A DNA stretch of 62,760 nt, the filler included, from Chiloscyllium plagiosum (Eukaryota): NCBI RefSeq assembly GCF_004010195.1. It is 3 parts of one record of this genome, joined end to end, with 100 filler letters (N's around TTAATTAATTAA, not from the genome) between each part and the next. Parts side by side here need not be neighbours in the genome. Positions count along the whole stretch, not along the records: positions 1 to 29,747 come from NC_057714.1; positions 29,848 to 54,460 come from NC_057714.1; 1 more part is not named here. One strand, given 5' to 3'. Numbering within the stretch: the stretch's first letter is position 1; every line of letters starts with the position of its first letter. The notes beneath the pieces are model-generated. The model did no database searches. It was not told where the DNA came from and saw nothing but the letters and a program-made list of their open reading frames with translations. Positions 24,738 through 36,576 of the stretch are shown here, one piece after another. A program made the translations under genes and the position numbers.

Positions 24738-25054
24738 GGGGAAAGAATTGCTGTACTCTTCAGAAGCAAGTTACTGAACTCATTAAGTTATATTTAGTGT
24801 TACTTTACAAGCAGTGACAGAAAGTGTGAAATAACTCCACAGGTGCCGGTATTCCATTGGCAAGTCACCCTTTATTTATTCACGAAAAGCCCTTGATACT
24901 GCGCCAGCTCCCTCACAGACAGCTCCCTCAGCCTGCTCCCAGAGTGTCAGAATGTCTGTCACTCCTCTTTTGTTTCATTTTGACACTCCTCTTTATGTCT
25001 GTCAGCCAGGAGTCCCTGATTGGCCCAAATTAACAGCCCCAATCAAGGAACTCT

Positions 25055-25287
25055 TTTCACACTTTCTGTCACTGCTTGTAAAGTAACACTAAATATAACT
25101 TAATGAGTTTCAGTAACTTGCTTTTGAAGAGTACAGCAATTCTTTTCCCAGTCATAGAGATATACAGCATGGAAACAGACCCTTCAGTCCAACCAGTCCA
25201 TTCCGGCCAGATATCCCAACCCAATCTAGTAAATCAAGTAAATTAACAAAATACAGTGTTTACACTGGACAAGCTAAGAAAGGCAGA
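25055..25287 (-). repeat. Inverted duplication of upstream flank (24649-24831 and 24316-24367)
   Basis: Direct reverse-complement match with scattered substitutions. Confidence 0.9.
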
Positions 25288-25314
25288 ATCTCTATGACTC
25301 TATGATTCTATTCA

Positions 25315-25457
25315 GAGTTCTCTAGCTCTGATGAAGAGTCATCGAGACTTGAAGCAAAAGCTTGCTCTCTCTTTGTGGATGCTGCCTGACCCCCCGTGAT
25401 TTCCAGCAATTTTATTGTTTTTGGTTCAGATTCCAGCATCTGTAGTAATTTGCTCCT
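25315..25457 (+). mobile_element. Penelope-like terminal fragment with degenerate hammerhead
   Basis: CTGATGAAGAGTCATCGAGACTTGAAGC...GATGCTGCCTGACC...TTCCAGCATCTG. Confidence 0.65.
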
Positions 25458-28400
25458 AACTCATATTCTATGATGTCCACGTGGCTGACCTCATTACAAT
25501 CACTACATCCCTCCCTCTCCGATTCAGAGGACATATGCCGGTCCTTTCTCTTCTAAAGCCTCCTGAGACATTTTAGCACCAGGGTTAGTTTCCTCTGTGT
25601 TATCAATGGCACCTCAATGGAGTTTAATAGACAAGAAGTTGAGTTGTAATGGTGAATCTAAGAACCTTGGTCAAACAATAGCTAATGTACTATAGGCAGT
25701 TTTGGACTCTATATCATAGGAAGAATATGGAGGCAATGGAGATTATCCAGTGCAGATGTAGTCAAATGTAACCTGTTATGAAAAATCATCTCACAAAAAC
25801 AGCAATTATACAGCAATAAGCTATGTGTGATTAAGTGTTCTGTAAAACTTTAAATTAAATGCAAGAAATTGAAGACAGAGAATAAAAGAAATATTTTCAA
25901 ACAGAACAGTGCCTGTTGAATTCACTACCAGAATGAAACACAAATCAGGCCAATGTCCTTGTTACAAATTGGGGAAACCAGGTAGATAAGCAAACGGCGT
26001 ATGTTATTGGATAGGTGGTCCAAAGACATGATTCAAATGCCATCACGGTATCTGGAAACCTTTGCGCTTGGAGTGTCTTGGGAAAGGTTCACTCCCTTTT
26101 TCCCGTGGCAAAAGCATTGATGCAGCAAAATGCACTATGCCCATCTCAGAATCAGAGGTCTCTTCAACGCTTATGGAGAGGGAGAACATTGCCTTTCTCA
26201 CTGTTTCGAGGAGCAGAGTCTGTTTGGTCCCCACACCATTTGCAAGTCTGTGGTTTTCAGATGGTCCACATGCGTGTTCAGGACTGTCGTTCCTACCCGA
26301 ACTTTAAACATCACTTGTCATGACCTTGTATCAACCAAGTCTCTTACCCATACAGGGTCATTTCTGTAGTTCCTACACAAAACTTTGTCCCCCTAAAGTA
26401 AACTGTTGCTCTGGCTTAGTGCAGTCTTGTGTATGGCATTGGTGTTCCTGTAGTTGAATGAGAGTTGTTCCTTTAATTATATAGGAACTGGGACAGTTGG
26501 TTCTAGTGAAGCTGTAGGCTTTTTCTTCAAGCTTGTCAGCAAAATTTGGACTGCTCTTTCTGTCAGGTCCTTGAATGACAGATGGTACAGAGCTGTCCTT
26601 ACACGTCGAATCCCATTCGATTTTAGGAAATACGTAAGCTCCCTGTTGGTAAATGCTGGCCATCTGTGACTAACACTTCCAGGAGTCAGTGTATTTGCAA
26701 AAGATGCAGACAGTTTTTCCATTATCATTCCCATATTTGATGAATGAACTCTATGTACATACCACCACCTTTGAGTGGATGCCTAGAGTCTGTCTATTCA
26801 GGATATGTCCTGAAGGAGGCTATGCAATTGCCTTCAATCAAGTGGTGTTTCCCAATCTCAGTAGGAGTGACGAATGTGTCCACTTCCATTGGAATACCCT
26901 GCAACTCATATGCTTCACTTGCCACATTTTCCAATGATAAAGCTAATTGTAGTGCCAGTTTGAAGTCCAATTGTGCTTCAGCTAGTTGGTGCTTTGCATA
27001 GTTACATCATTGATCCCACATACCAAATGGTCTCTCAGCGTCTCATTAAGATTTAAACCAAAGTCAAATGCATCTGCTAGTCATCTTAGCCTGGTCAAAT
27101 ATCACGAAATGGATTCCCCTCGAATTGCTGAGTAAAAACAATAGCATCTCAGAATTAGAGGAGGCTTGGAGTCGATTATTCCTTAACTAAACCTGTCAAC
27201 TCTTGAAAGGTTTTAGTAGCTGGTGCCTCAGGGAAAGTTGGGCTCCTGATAACTGAAAAAGCTACAGGTCCACAAGCTATCAGAAGAATTACTCATTGGT
27301 TTTCATTTGCCCCAATGTCATTTGCCAAGTGGGGAAATAATGCATTCTTTCCACATACAGTCTTTGATGGCAGGGTCAAACAGGGTCAAGCTTCCCAAAT
27401 AACAGCATGATGTCAGAAATACTCACCCCAACTCAAAGACGACTCTTTTGAGCAAGTCCCTTCAGAGGCATGCTTTATTCTTGTCGTCAGTGAAATAACT
27501 CCACAGAGGCTGGGGTATCCCGTCACCAAGTCACCCTTTATTGATGCATGGAAAGTCTTTGACATTGGTCCAGTTCCCTCAGAGTTAGCTCTCAGAGTGA
27601 ACAGAATGTCTAACATTCTTCTTTTTATCTATCAGCAAGGGACCCCTGATTGGGGCTGTTAATCTGGTCTAATCAGGGAACTCATATTCTATGAGGTCCA
27701 CCTGGCAGAGCTTGTTACAATTACTTCAAGATGTAAATAGATGGCACGACACCAGGGTGTGTGTACAAAATAAGATTTGGCCAGCCGTAAGTAGCTGATT
27801 GGTCACAATTGCACACACCAGTCTTTGGTGTCAAAGGTCATCAATCCAATTAATGTTCGCTGATTGGTTCCTTATACAGTTTGTGGATGTGTATGGTACA
27901 GTGAAAGAACTCAAAGAAGCAGCTCATGGAACGAATGACTTGAGAAACAAAGGAGTCCCTTTCCATGGTATTTAGTCCACCCCTCACCCACAATCCATTA
28001 CACCATTTGTTTTTGTCTGCCTGTACGTCTGTGTGGTTGAAGGGAGTTCTAACTAGTAATTATATATCTGCAGATTACAGCTGATTACCTGTAGTTAGAC
28101 TCCATTTGTTTGTAATACATTATGGTATTTGTTAAGGACAGAAAGATGGTCCATATTTGCAGTTAACCGGAGTCTATCAGACAGATAAGTTGAGGACTTA
28201 AGGTACTTTGATAAACATTTTAACATTTGGGACTCAATTTCCAGCACGGTAGCCCAGAGTGGTACAACATATGGCCCAGCAGTAATGTGGGCGACTAATA
28301 GCAACCTTCAAAAATGGCCAAGAAAGCCACTTAGTTGTATGAAAATCCTGTGGAAAGTCCCAGTGAGGCCTAGCAGTTAAATTTAGCCAGGGCTTCAACT

Positions 28401-28859
28401 TAGGCTTCTGTCTGATCCTGCTAATTCACTGATGCACTTATATCCTTATTTGTGTGATAGGGGTATTTATTTATCTAAGGAAACCAACACTTAACTCCTA
28501 GAAACTTAGAAGACATTTCATTTAATGAATACACAAAAAATTAAATTTAACATTTCAAAACATCACAAATCATAATGTGCACTGAGTAGTATTCATTGTT
28601 AAACAGAATAAAAGCCTTACGCTTGATAGCAACTTATGCTCTGATTAATTGTCAAATCAGCTCTGCTAGTACATTTATAAAAATGGCGCTTTACACTTTG
28701 TTACAAACTAAGAGATGAAAAACAGAAAATGCCAGTTACTTAATTTTTTTTCAGTTAGAGTTGAAACCAATATGGATTTTAAATGCATAGTTTGGTCAGA
28801 ATGGAATTTGGTGGAGAATTAAAATGAGAAATAAGTAAAAGGTCAGGCTCACATTGTCA

Positions 28860-29560
28860 GGTTGAATTGGTCTTCAAATTGGTCTCCTAATATGCACCTG
28901 AGTTTTCTATTGTAAAGGAGATTGCATTGTGAGCAGCAAATACAATATACAAGATTGAAAACAAGCAAATTGTTTTTTGACCTCAGAAGATTGTTTGGAG
29001 CCTTGGATGTTGGAAAGGAAGTTATAAAAGGGTGGTGTTACTTCTCCTGTGTTTGCACGGGAAAGTGTCATGGAAAGGCAAGGGAGTTTAGGAGTTATTA
29101 AGGAATGGACCATGGTGCCATGGGGTCCCTTTGGAATGCTGAAAAAGGGGAGCAAAATATTTTTGGTAATGTCATTATAACAGGTGAGGTCCAGTGATCC
29201 AATCTCTCCTTCCAAATAAATGAATGATTTCTGTAATCTATCGACTTACTAAGTTCTATTTACTGCTCACAATATAGTCTTCTCTTTATTGAGGAGACTG
29301 CATGCAGATTGAGTGATCACTTTGTTGAACACTTTGCAAGTGTGACCGGGAGCCTCTGATCAACTGTTGTTTCAATTCACCACCCAATCCTAGTCTGATT
29401 TCTCTATCCATGATCTCCTACTCTCTGTTACGAAGGCTTAAAGTAAACTCACAGTACAATACCTCATCTTCTGATTAAGCATTTTGCAGCCTTCCAAACG
29501 CACAGTAGGATCAACCATTTCGGAACATATCCACTGGCATTAAATGTTTCAGAGAGCAGC
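28860..29560. mobile_element. Ancient Penelope-like GIY-YIG remnants in inverted arrangement
   Basis: Minus strand IQGSKQSSEVKKQFAC...; plus strand IYCSQYSLLFIEETACRLSDHFVEH. Confidence 0.6.
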
Positions 29561-29747
29561 TGCTGTTAATGATTTACCTATTGTTATTTGTAGATCTTCT
29601 AAACCCAATTTCGTTTCTTCACTTGGTCCATTACCTTCCCTTTTGCCTTGTACCATCACCCTCATTGTCATTTAATTTCTCCTGCTGCCCACCCTGACCC
29701 AGACTTCTTTGTTCTTTCAACACCACCCCACCACCCCCACCCCCCCC

Positions 29748-29847
29748 NNNNNNNNNNNNNNNNNNNNNNNNNNNNNNNNNNNNNNNNNNNNTTAATTAAT
29801 TAANNNNNNNNNNNNNNNNNNNNNNNNNNNNNNNNNNNNNNNNNNNN
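29748..29847. other. Assembly gap linker N44-TTAATTAATTAA-N44 (artificial)
   Basis: Exactly 100 nt with a central 12-mer giving stops in all six frames; identical at 54461-54560. Confidence 0.97.
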
Positions 29848-32274
29848 AAGGGACAGCGTGGAGTGACGAGTATAAAAGAAATAAAGATATATAAATAGAA
29901 AGAGAAAATGTGTGGCAAGGGATGGGGAGAGAGAAAGAGGAGGTTGCAGGAGAAAGGGGAGGCAAGTATGGGGTTGCATTGAGAAATAGTGAGAGAGAGA
30001 CACGGAGGGTGTAGGAGAGAGGGGGATGGAAGGTGCAGGATGGAGAGTTGGGGGGGGGGGTTGGAAGCATGGGAGAGATGTCCTTCCTCTCACAGTCTGT
30101 CGGTCATTGAGCCTTTAAAAGTATGGTCATGGCACCATCACTCTATACAAGCATGTGTTCAAAGGGTATAAAGATCATATAGAACATCCTGCCTGCTACT
30201 TTTCTTAAATCCCTTTACTTTTGACCGGATAACCTTTCAAACGTACTTAATAAGATTCTATCCCACCTCTGCCTTAAAAAATATTCAAGGACTTTGCTTC
30301 CACTGCCCTTTCACGAAGAGGGTTACAAAGGCTCTCAACTCTCTGAAAGGAAAAGATTGCCTAGTGTCTGTTATAAATGGAATTTTTAATCAGTGACTCC
30401 TAGTTCTAGACTCTCCCTGCATCTACCCTGTCAAGATCCCTCAGGATCAATTACAGTGGAACTCACATCTGTGTGAGGGGCAAAGGGGGAGATGGGGGGA
30501 AAAGTTTGAGAGGGAGGGATGAAGAGAGAATGGGAATGAAGGGATAGGAAGATGCAATCGCTCAAGGTTACTAGTTTGTCAGTAGTTGTTTGTGGGTCAT
30601 GCTTAGTTTAAAGGCTAAACAGGAAGTAATCATAAAGAAAAGCAATGTACTGTAATATACATTTTATGCTTACACTTTACATTTGGAGAGGCTGTCCTGT
30701 CCCAAATCAAGTTTAATACCAGAAACGTCATTTTTTTTGTACAAAGCAGAGATCTGGCCAGCTTGGAGTAGGACTTTCCCAAAGTTGAAGTTAAAATTCA
30801 TGTCCCACCACCTGCAAACTCCATATGGGAATTAGAGGTAGTGCAATAATTCCATTTTCTTCCACAGACACATATGAAGTAAATCTGTGTCTGCACAGCT
30901 GACTAAAAGAATTTAAATCTGATATGCATGGTTGTTCTGCCTATATACAGCACAGCCAGCAGCTTCGAGGCAGTTCAGCTGAAGGAAAAAGTAAAGTCTT
31001 GAAGAAGAATAAAACAAAAAGTGGGCTCGTGAAATGGCATGGAAAATTACTGACTTTCACCAAGTTTCTAAAGTAAAAGCCAATTACTTTCCAGGCTCTA
31101 TCTCCCTCTCCCAAAACCAGGGAAGATTCCAAAAGCAGTATCCCTTAAAAATAGGATGGTGTCAGAAAATCACACTTCATTCCTTTCTTCCTCCCCCTCT
31201 TCTCCACTTACCCCTCCCACCTGAAGGATGATACAGAGGCCCAGGAACGTACAACTCATGCTTATGCCAGTAATAACTTTTTGTAGGCCGCTGTAAATCT
31301 CTCTGGAACTTCCACCACATAGGAAATGAGCAATAGGGGAAATGTATACAAGGTAGACCACACCTACATATAACTGCAGCTAGAACTTCAGCTCCCACTG
31401 CACAAAGAAATTTTGTAATACAGCCCCAGTTTCTGGTATGAAAGGTTTACCAACAGAGGAAACAGGCTTAACAATCTATTTTGTGACACCAGTCTTCTGC
31501 ACTTTGCCTGATAACAGATCACGACACCATAAAGGTTATTTCACTTTGGCGTAAGAGGAAATTCCACTTCAAATAAAGAAATCCAACAAATACTGAACAC
31601 TGCATCAAGAAGATCAAATAGGAATGGATCAAGATTACAGATTATGGTAGCTTTAGAGTCACAAGTTGACTTGGGCAAAGCACAATAAACCTGCTTGAAT
31701 GGAAAATGAACAATTGCAGCCTGAAGCACATGAATGCATTGAGCTCCTATGATGGATAGAAACAACCTTTTTTTGTGACAGAACCAATGTCATACATAAC
31801 ATGAACTTGGATAATATTAAGCTCAATTTCCATGTTAGATGGATTACATGACCGGTGGTTGCTAGAGAAATAGTGTCTGTCTTTCGACCAACACCATGCT
31901 TAAGTCAGTCCAATTAGGATTCTGTCGCTGTCACAGTACTAAAGCTACCCCAATGAAAGTTACATAACCTTCAAGCACTATGGTAACTTACACGTGTGCA
32001 ACTTAATTTCTCCAGCTTCTCTCTCAGCCCTTTCACTATCTCCACAGTGTCAGACTACTTGCCTGATAGCCAGTCTTGGATGGGTACCATTTCATATCGT
32101 TGGAAAGCGAAGGTTGACACACACACACACACACCACCCCCCCGCGCCCCCTCTCACCTCCCCCAACCAAGAACTGAAACCTGAACACTCAGAGGAGCAC
32201 CTCACACCATTATCAGTAAAAGCAGTGTGAAAAATGGTGTAACCTGTTTTCAGCAACTTCTAGTTGTTACATCC

Positions 32275-32487
32275 TGTGTCTGTGTGGGTTTCCTCCGGGT
32301 GCTCCGGTTTCCTCCCACAGTCCAAAGATGTGCAGATCAGGTGAATTGGTCATGTTAAATTGCCCCATAGTGTTAGGTCAATTACTCAGAGGGATATGGG
32401 TCTGGGTGGGTTACTCTTCGTGGGTCGGTGTGGACTGGTTGGGCCAAAGGGCCTGTTTCCACATTGTAGAGAATCTAATCTAATCTA
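32275..32487 (+). mobile_element. HE1 SINE, 5'-truncated
   Basis: V-domain GGGTTTCCTCCGGGTGCTCCGGTTTCCTCCCACAGTCCAAAGATGTGCAG; (TCTAA)n tail. Confidence 0.9.
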
Positions 32488-32516
32488 AATAAAATAAATC
32501 CCTGACATTCACTTTA

Positions 32517-32598
32517 AAAACAAGTAACAATTTATTTATCTAACAATGAACAAATTAAAAACAAGTGACAATTTATTTATCTAACAGTGAACAAATTA
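32517..32598. repeat. Tandem duplication, 2 x 41 bp
   Basis: AAAACAAGT(A/G)ACAATTTATTTATCTAACA(A/G)TGAACAAATTA twice. Confidence 0.9.
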
Positions 32599-33399
32599 GC
32601 TGAACTATTAACAAACTGAATAAATCCCTTCTAACTACTAATTATTCCCGAATAAAGCAAGATTCCAAAGGTATGCTGTTCCAATAAATACAAGTCCCAC
32701 ACATAAAAGAAAGAATTTAGTCTCTCAAAATTACAGCCATGTCCAGGTTACGTCTTCCACAATGTTCTGTGCCTTCTGTCGATTATTCTGTGAGGAATAT
32801 TAACTAGTTGTGCTGTTGGTACCATTGTTACTTAGATGGTGCTTTCTCTAAGACATAGAGGAGGCTATGAGAGCCAGCAAATCTCTCAAAAGCTGAGGGC
32901 CTTTAGCTCATGGGTGACAGCTAGCTCTGGGGTCTTTGTCCAACTGTCCCTTTTTTTCTTAACCTGTGATGATGTATCACTGTTTCTTACAATAGAATTG
33001 GTCCCATGTTGTCAAAACCATCAGATTTAAAATTGAATAGGTTTTGCTAAGTACCTAGTTCAAATTGATTGGCTAAATTCAAAAGTCTGTTGTCTCAGTA
33101 AAAACTGATTAGTTTGCTAACCGTATAGCCCTTCGATAAAAATATTTCAATTCGGGTGCTCACTGTGTACCCCTGCAAACTTTCAAGCTGCTGCTCACAG
33201 ACATCTACTTTAAACCTCTAAACACAGAAAAAGCACATGATCTTTTAAAGGGACCATGCAATACTTCCCACTCCTCCTCAGCACTTTACAAAAACCAAAT
33301 TCTAACTTCCTGCCTCCCAACTGGCAAGCACTCTGCTGAATTTCACAACAATATTACCCAGCATTGCAGATTTGATGGGAGATCCAGAAATATGAAATC

Positions 33400-33530
33400 C
33401 ATTCTGAAGAACAGTATACTGGACTTAAAACATTAATTCTGTTTCTCTCTGCACAAGTGCTGATAGACCTGCTGAGTTTCTCCAACGCTCTCCGTGCTTG
33501 TTTCATATTTCCAGCATCTACAGTATTTTG
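33400..33530 (+). mobile_element. Old Penelope-like terminal fragment
   Basis: TCTGAAGAAC...AAAACATTAATTCTGTTTCTCTC...GACCTGCTGAG...TTCCAGCATCT. Confidence 0.55.
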
Positions 33531-34370
33531 CCTCGATTTAAAACAATATCTGCCTGGATTAGTAACTAGATATCAACTATATATTCCACTTTACCTTGCT
33601 CACATCATGCATAATTTGCAAAAACAAAACATTTGTCGAGCTCTCCAGTTCCACAAATATTCAGTGTGAACTTAGTTGTCCTTCAGGTACAGATGAACCA
33701 ATGAGACAGATTTCCAGACATGAAGTCTGGAATACCGTTAAGAAAACCTGCCTTCAGAGTTCATTTCCAAGGCCAGATCAAATGTTTGCATAGCTGATGC
33801 TAAAACACATCTTTGCTCGCCAAATTATAGTCACAAATTTCCATCTAGCACTTGATACAGACAGTTAGAAAGCGGCGATGCCAAGAAGAATAGAACAGTT
33901 TCAATCTTTACCTCATTGCAAGACCAAATCTTGACTTTGGGAAAGCTCAAATCTTTGTGTTCTTACGAGACATCAATTCTAACTTATCAGTTACTAACAT
34001 TTACATTTGAAATACGATCAAAAATTTTTGCCCAATGCCTACACTCTAATGGCAGAGGGCAAGACTGCAAATAATTCAAATCCATGAATTCATTCACATA
34101 AATAACAATAGAATTATTTTTCCCTCAAGTCCAAACGTAAAACTCATGAGAAGAACATCGAAAGGGTAATTCACGAAAGAGAAGCACATGCATACAATGG
34201 AGCCTGTCTGATTTTGTACCAATTAGTGAGCAGAACTTGGGTAGTTGTACATTTTCTGATTCCAGGTGGGTTATGCCAAGTCAGGCTATTTAGGAAACTG
34301 GCATTAGACACAGAGCGGTGCTGCAATCCTGGCTCACTGAGAAATAAGGGCTGCGGTTCAGGATAGGAAG

Positions 34371-34417
34371 GAGACAGAGAGAGAGACAGAGAGAGAGAGA
34401 AAGAGAGAGAGAGAGAC
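34371..34417. repeat. (GA)n microsatellite
   Basis: Imperfect GA run. Confidence 0.9.
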
Positions 34418-35703
34418 ATTCACTAGTCTGGGGGTGAAGCACTGATGTTAATCATATTTGCTTTCCGAGCACCAACAGCTACAACTGGCAACGAGACAAA
34501 GTAGAGACAGAGTCAGTGTGGGATTGAGTAGGACTGCAAGATTTCAGAGAATCAGGAAGACAGCGGGAAACAGTTTTGTGTGGAAGAAAAGAGAATGAAT
34601 CTCAATTGCTCTTCATCTATCCAATCAAATGTCATATCTCAGCTATTTATCTCTTTAGTCCACTTCTTTGAACTTTTTGCAGCCCCTTTTGTAGCCTTAA
34701 AAGTAATTTGAACTCATCACTTGGAGATACAATCCGCAATTTATTCAAAATCACTTCTAAAAGTCAAAAGACACAACCCATCATAGAATGAACGAACACA
34801 TCCATCAAGCTGCTGGGAAACTTGTAGCTGACACAGGCTCAGAATTCACAGATATGGCTGGAAACTTTACTTAACTCTGATGATAGGACTATCAACTTAA
34901 AGGACACAATTTTAAAAGCCTATAGGTCAATTTCCATAAATTTGTAAACAAGTTTTCAACAAGTAAATCTAATCACACTATGTAAATAGTTCATTTAAAA
35001 AGTTTTTAAAACCTTTGGACATTAGAAACATCAGTTGAAACTAAACAAAGGAAAACTATTTTACTAAAAGCTTTTTGTTCATCAACAGTTAAGTGTTTCA
35101 ATGCGGCTATTTATTATGAATGTTTACAGACCATTTGTATTGCCTCAGGTTGAATTATGGGTTTCCTATTACAAAAGTAGGACAAAGGAAGAAACATTAT
35201 TGTGTAAGTACACATGCATGCTTAATAAAATTGATGCTTACATAAGTAGAAAGAACACTGGACAGTTCAATCATCTCTTTCGTCCACTTCTTTGAACTTT
35301 TTGAACTTTACCTCATGTTCCTGTATGCAATCCAGTCAGATGAGACTAATGTAATTGAGAAAAGGGATAAGGAATTTCTGACACATGTTCAGGAAAACTT
35401 CGTTGCCTAGTATTTTTTACCCGAGAATGTTGCAGAGGGGAGACCGCAAAGTATTTAAGGAGCAAATAGTTCAAAAATCTATCATGGAGTTTGTGGTTAT
35501 GCTGAGCTGGCACAAAAGGTTGGTTGAGGCCAGGAGCAAATCAGTTTAGATTTGCTGAATGACAGAGAAGGCTTGAGGGGCAAACTGGCCTACACTTGCT
35601 CCTACTTATGTTATCCTATTCATTATGCTGTCAGTCCAGCTGAGAAGAAGAAATTGCTGATTCCAGTGTTGCCAAACAATTCCTGACAAATGCTTGTACA
35701 CAA

Positions 35704-36020
35704 GATTAGATTAGATTACTTATAGGGTGGAAACAGGCCCTTCGGCCCAACAAGTCTACACCAACCCTCTGAAGAGCAACCCACCCAGACCCATTCCCCC
35801 ACATCTACCCCTTCACCTAACACTACGGGCAATTTAGTATGGTAAATTCACTTGGCCTGCACATTTTTGGACGGTGGGAGGAAACCAGAGCAACCAGAGG
35901 AAACCCACGTGGACACAGGGAGAATGTGCAAACTCCACACACAGTTGCCTGAGGCGGGATTTGAACCCAGCTCTCTGGCACTGTGAGGCAGCAGTGCTAA
36001 CCACTGTGACACCGTGACAC
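35704..36020 (-). mobile_element. HE1 SINE, essentially full length
   Basis: tRNA-like head (CAGTGGTTAGC; GGTTCAAATCC), V-domain, CR1-like tail with (TCTAA)n. Confidence 0.92.
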
Positions 36021-36447
36021 CATTGTAGAGAAGAGTGAACTAAGAATGTTCATCAAATCATAAAATTTTGGATAAATAATCAAGGAGAGCAAGAAAAAAT
36101 GCTTAAGTACAATCTTTAAATTAGAAGAGGAATAAGTTCAAAGGTATAAAAGGGAATCTAGCCAGAGTAAAATGGAACCAAAAATTGGGAGGAAATCTCT
36201 GTAAGAGATATTATGACTGGAGACAAGAGGTAGAATAGCTCCCTTCTTAAAATAACAAATGTCTTTCTTAAAGCATTCACTAATGAATATTTAACTGTTT
36301 CAGTGTTGTGACTTCTAACATTTCCTTGAAAAGTGTTAAAAAGAAAAGCGAGTTGCATTTAATCCATTTAACAGTGATCTAAGATAAAATACTAAGTGTT
36401 CCAACTGTCTCACATTCATTCAAGTGCTCTCTCACACACATTTAAAT

Positions 36448-36576
36448 TACCAAGTAGTAGAACAATGGTGGAATCTCCTACTTCTTATCAAAATCCACTT
36501 GGCTTTGCACTTGCTGTATCAACTTCACTTCGTCTCCAGGCGACAGCACTCGTAACTTTTTCTCAGGTTTAGCCAT
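36448..36576 (-). mobile_element. Probable pogo/Tigger transposase N-terminal (CENP-B-type HTH) remnant
   Basis: MAKPEKKLRVLSPGDEVKLIQQVQSQVDFDKK*G resembles the KRK-x-LSL-x-EK-x-x-II start of Tigger/TIGD proteins; no TIRs confirmed. Confidence 0.5.

Larger units (their letters stand above)
24827..27728 (-). mobile_element. Internally deleted Gypsy LTR retrotransposon with both LTRs
   Basis: 5' LTR about 27491-27728 followed by PBS-like CTGACGACAAG; gag-like LFGKLDP near 27400; integrase remnant PAFT...FLKSNGIRRVRTALYH...ERAVQ at 26480-26730; polypurine tract GGAGAGGGAGGGA before the 3' LTR (24827-25507, interrupted at 25054-25457). Confidence 0.82.

Noticed and set aside
29792..29803. TTAATTAATTAA palindrome between N runs (also 54505-54516)
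   Set aside because: Identical N44-12mer-N44 construct twice; an artificial six-frame-stop gap linker, not biology
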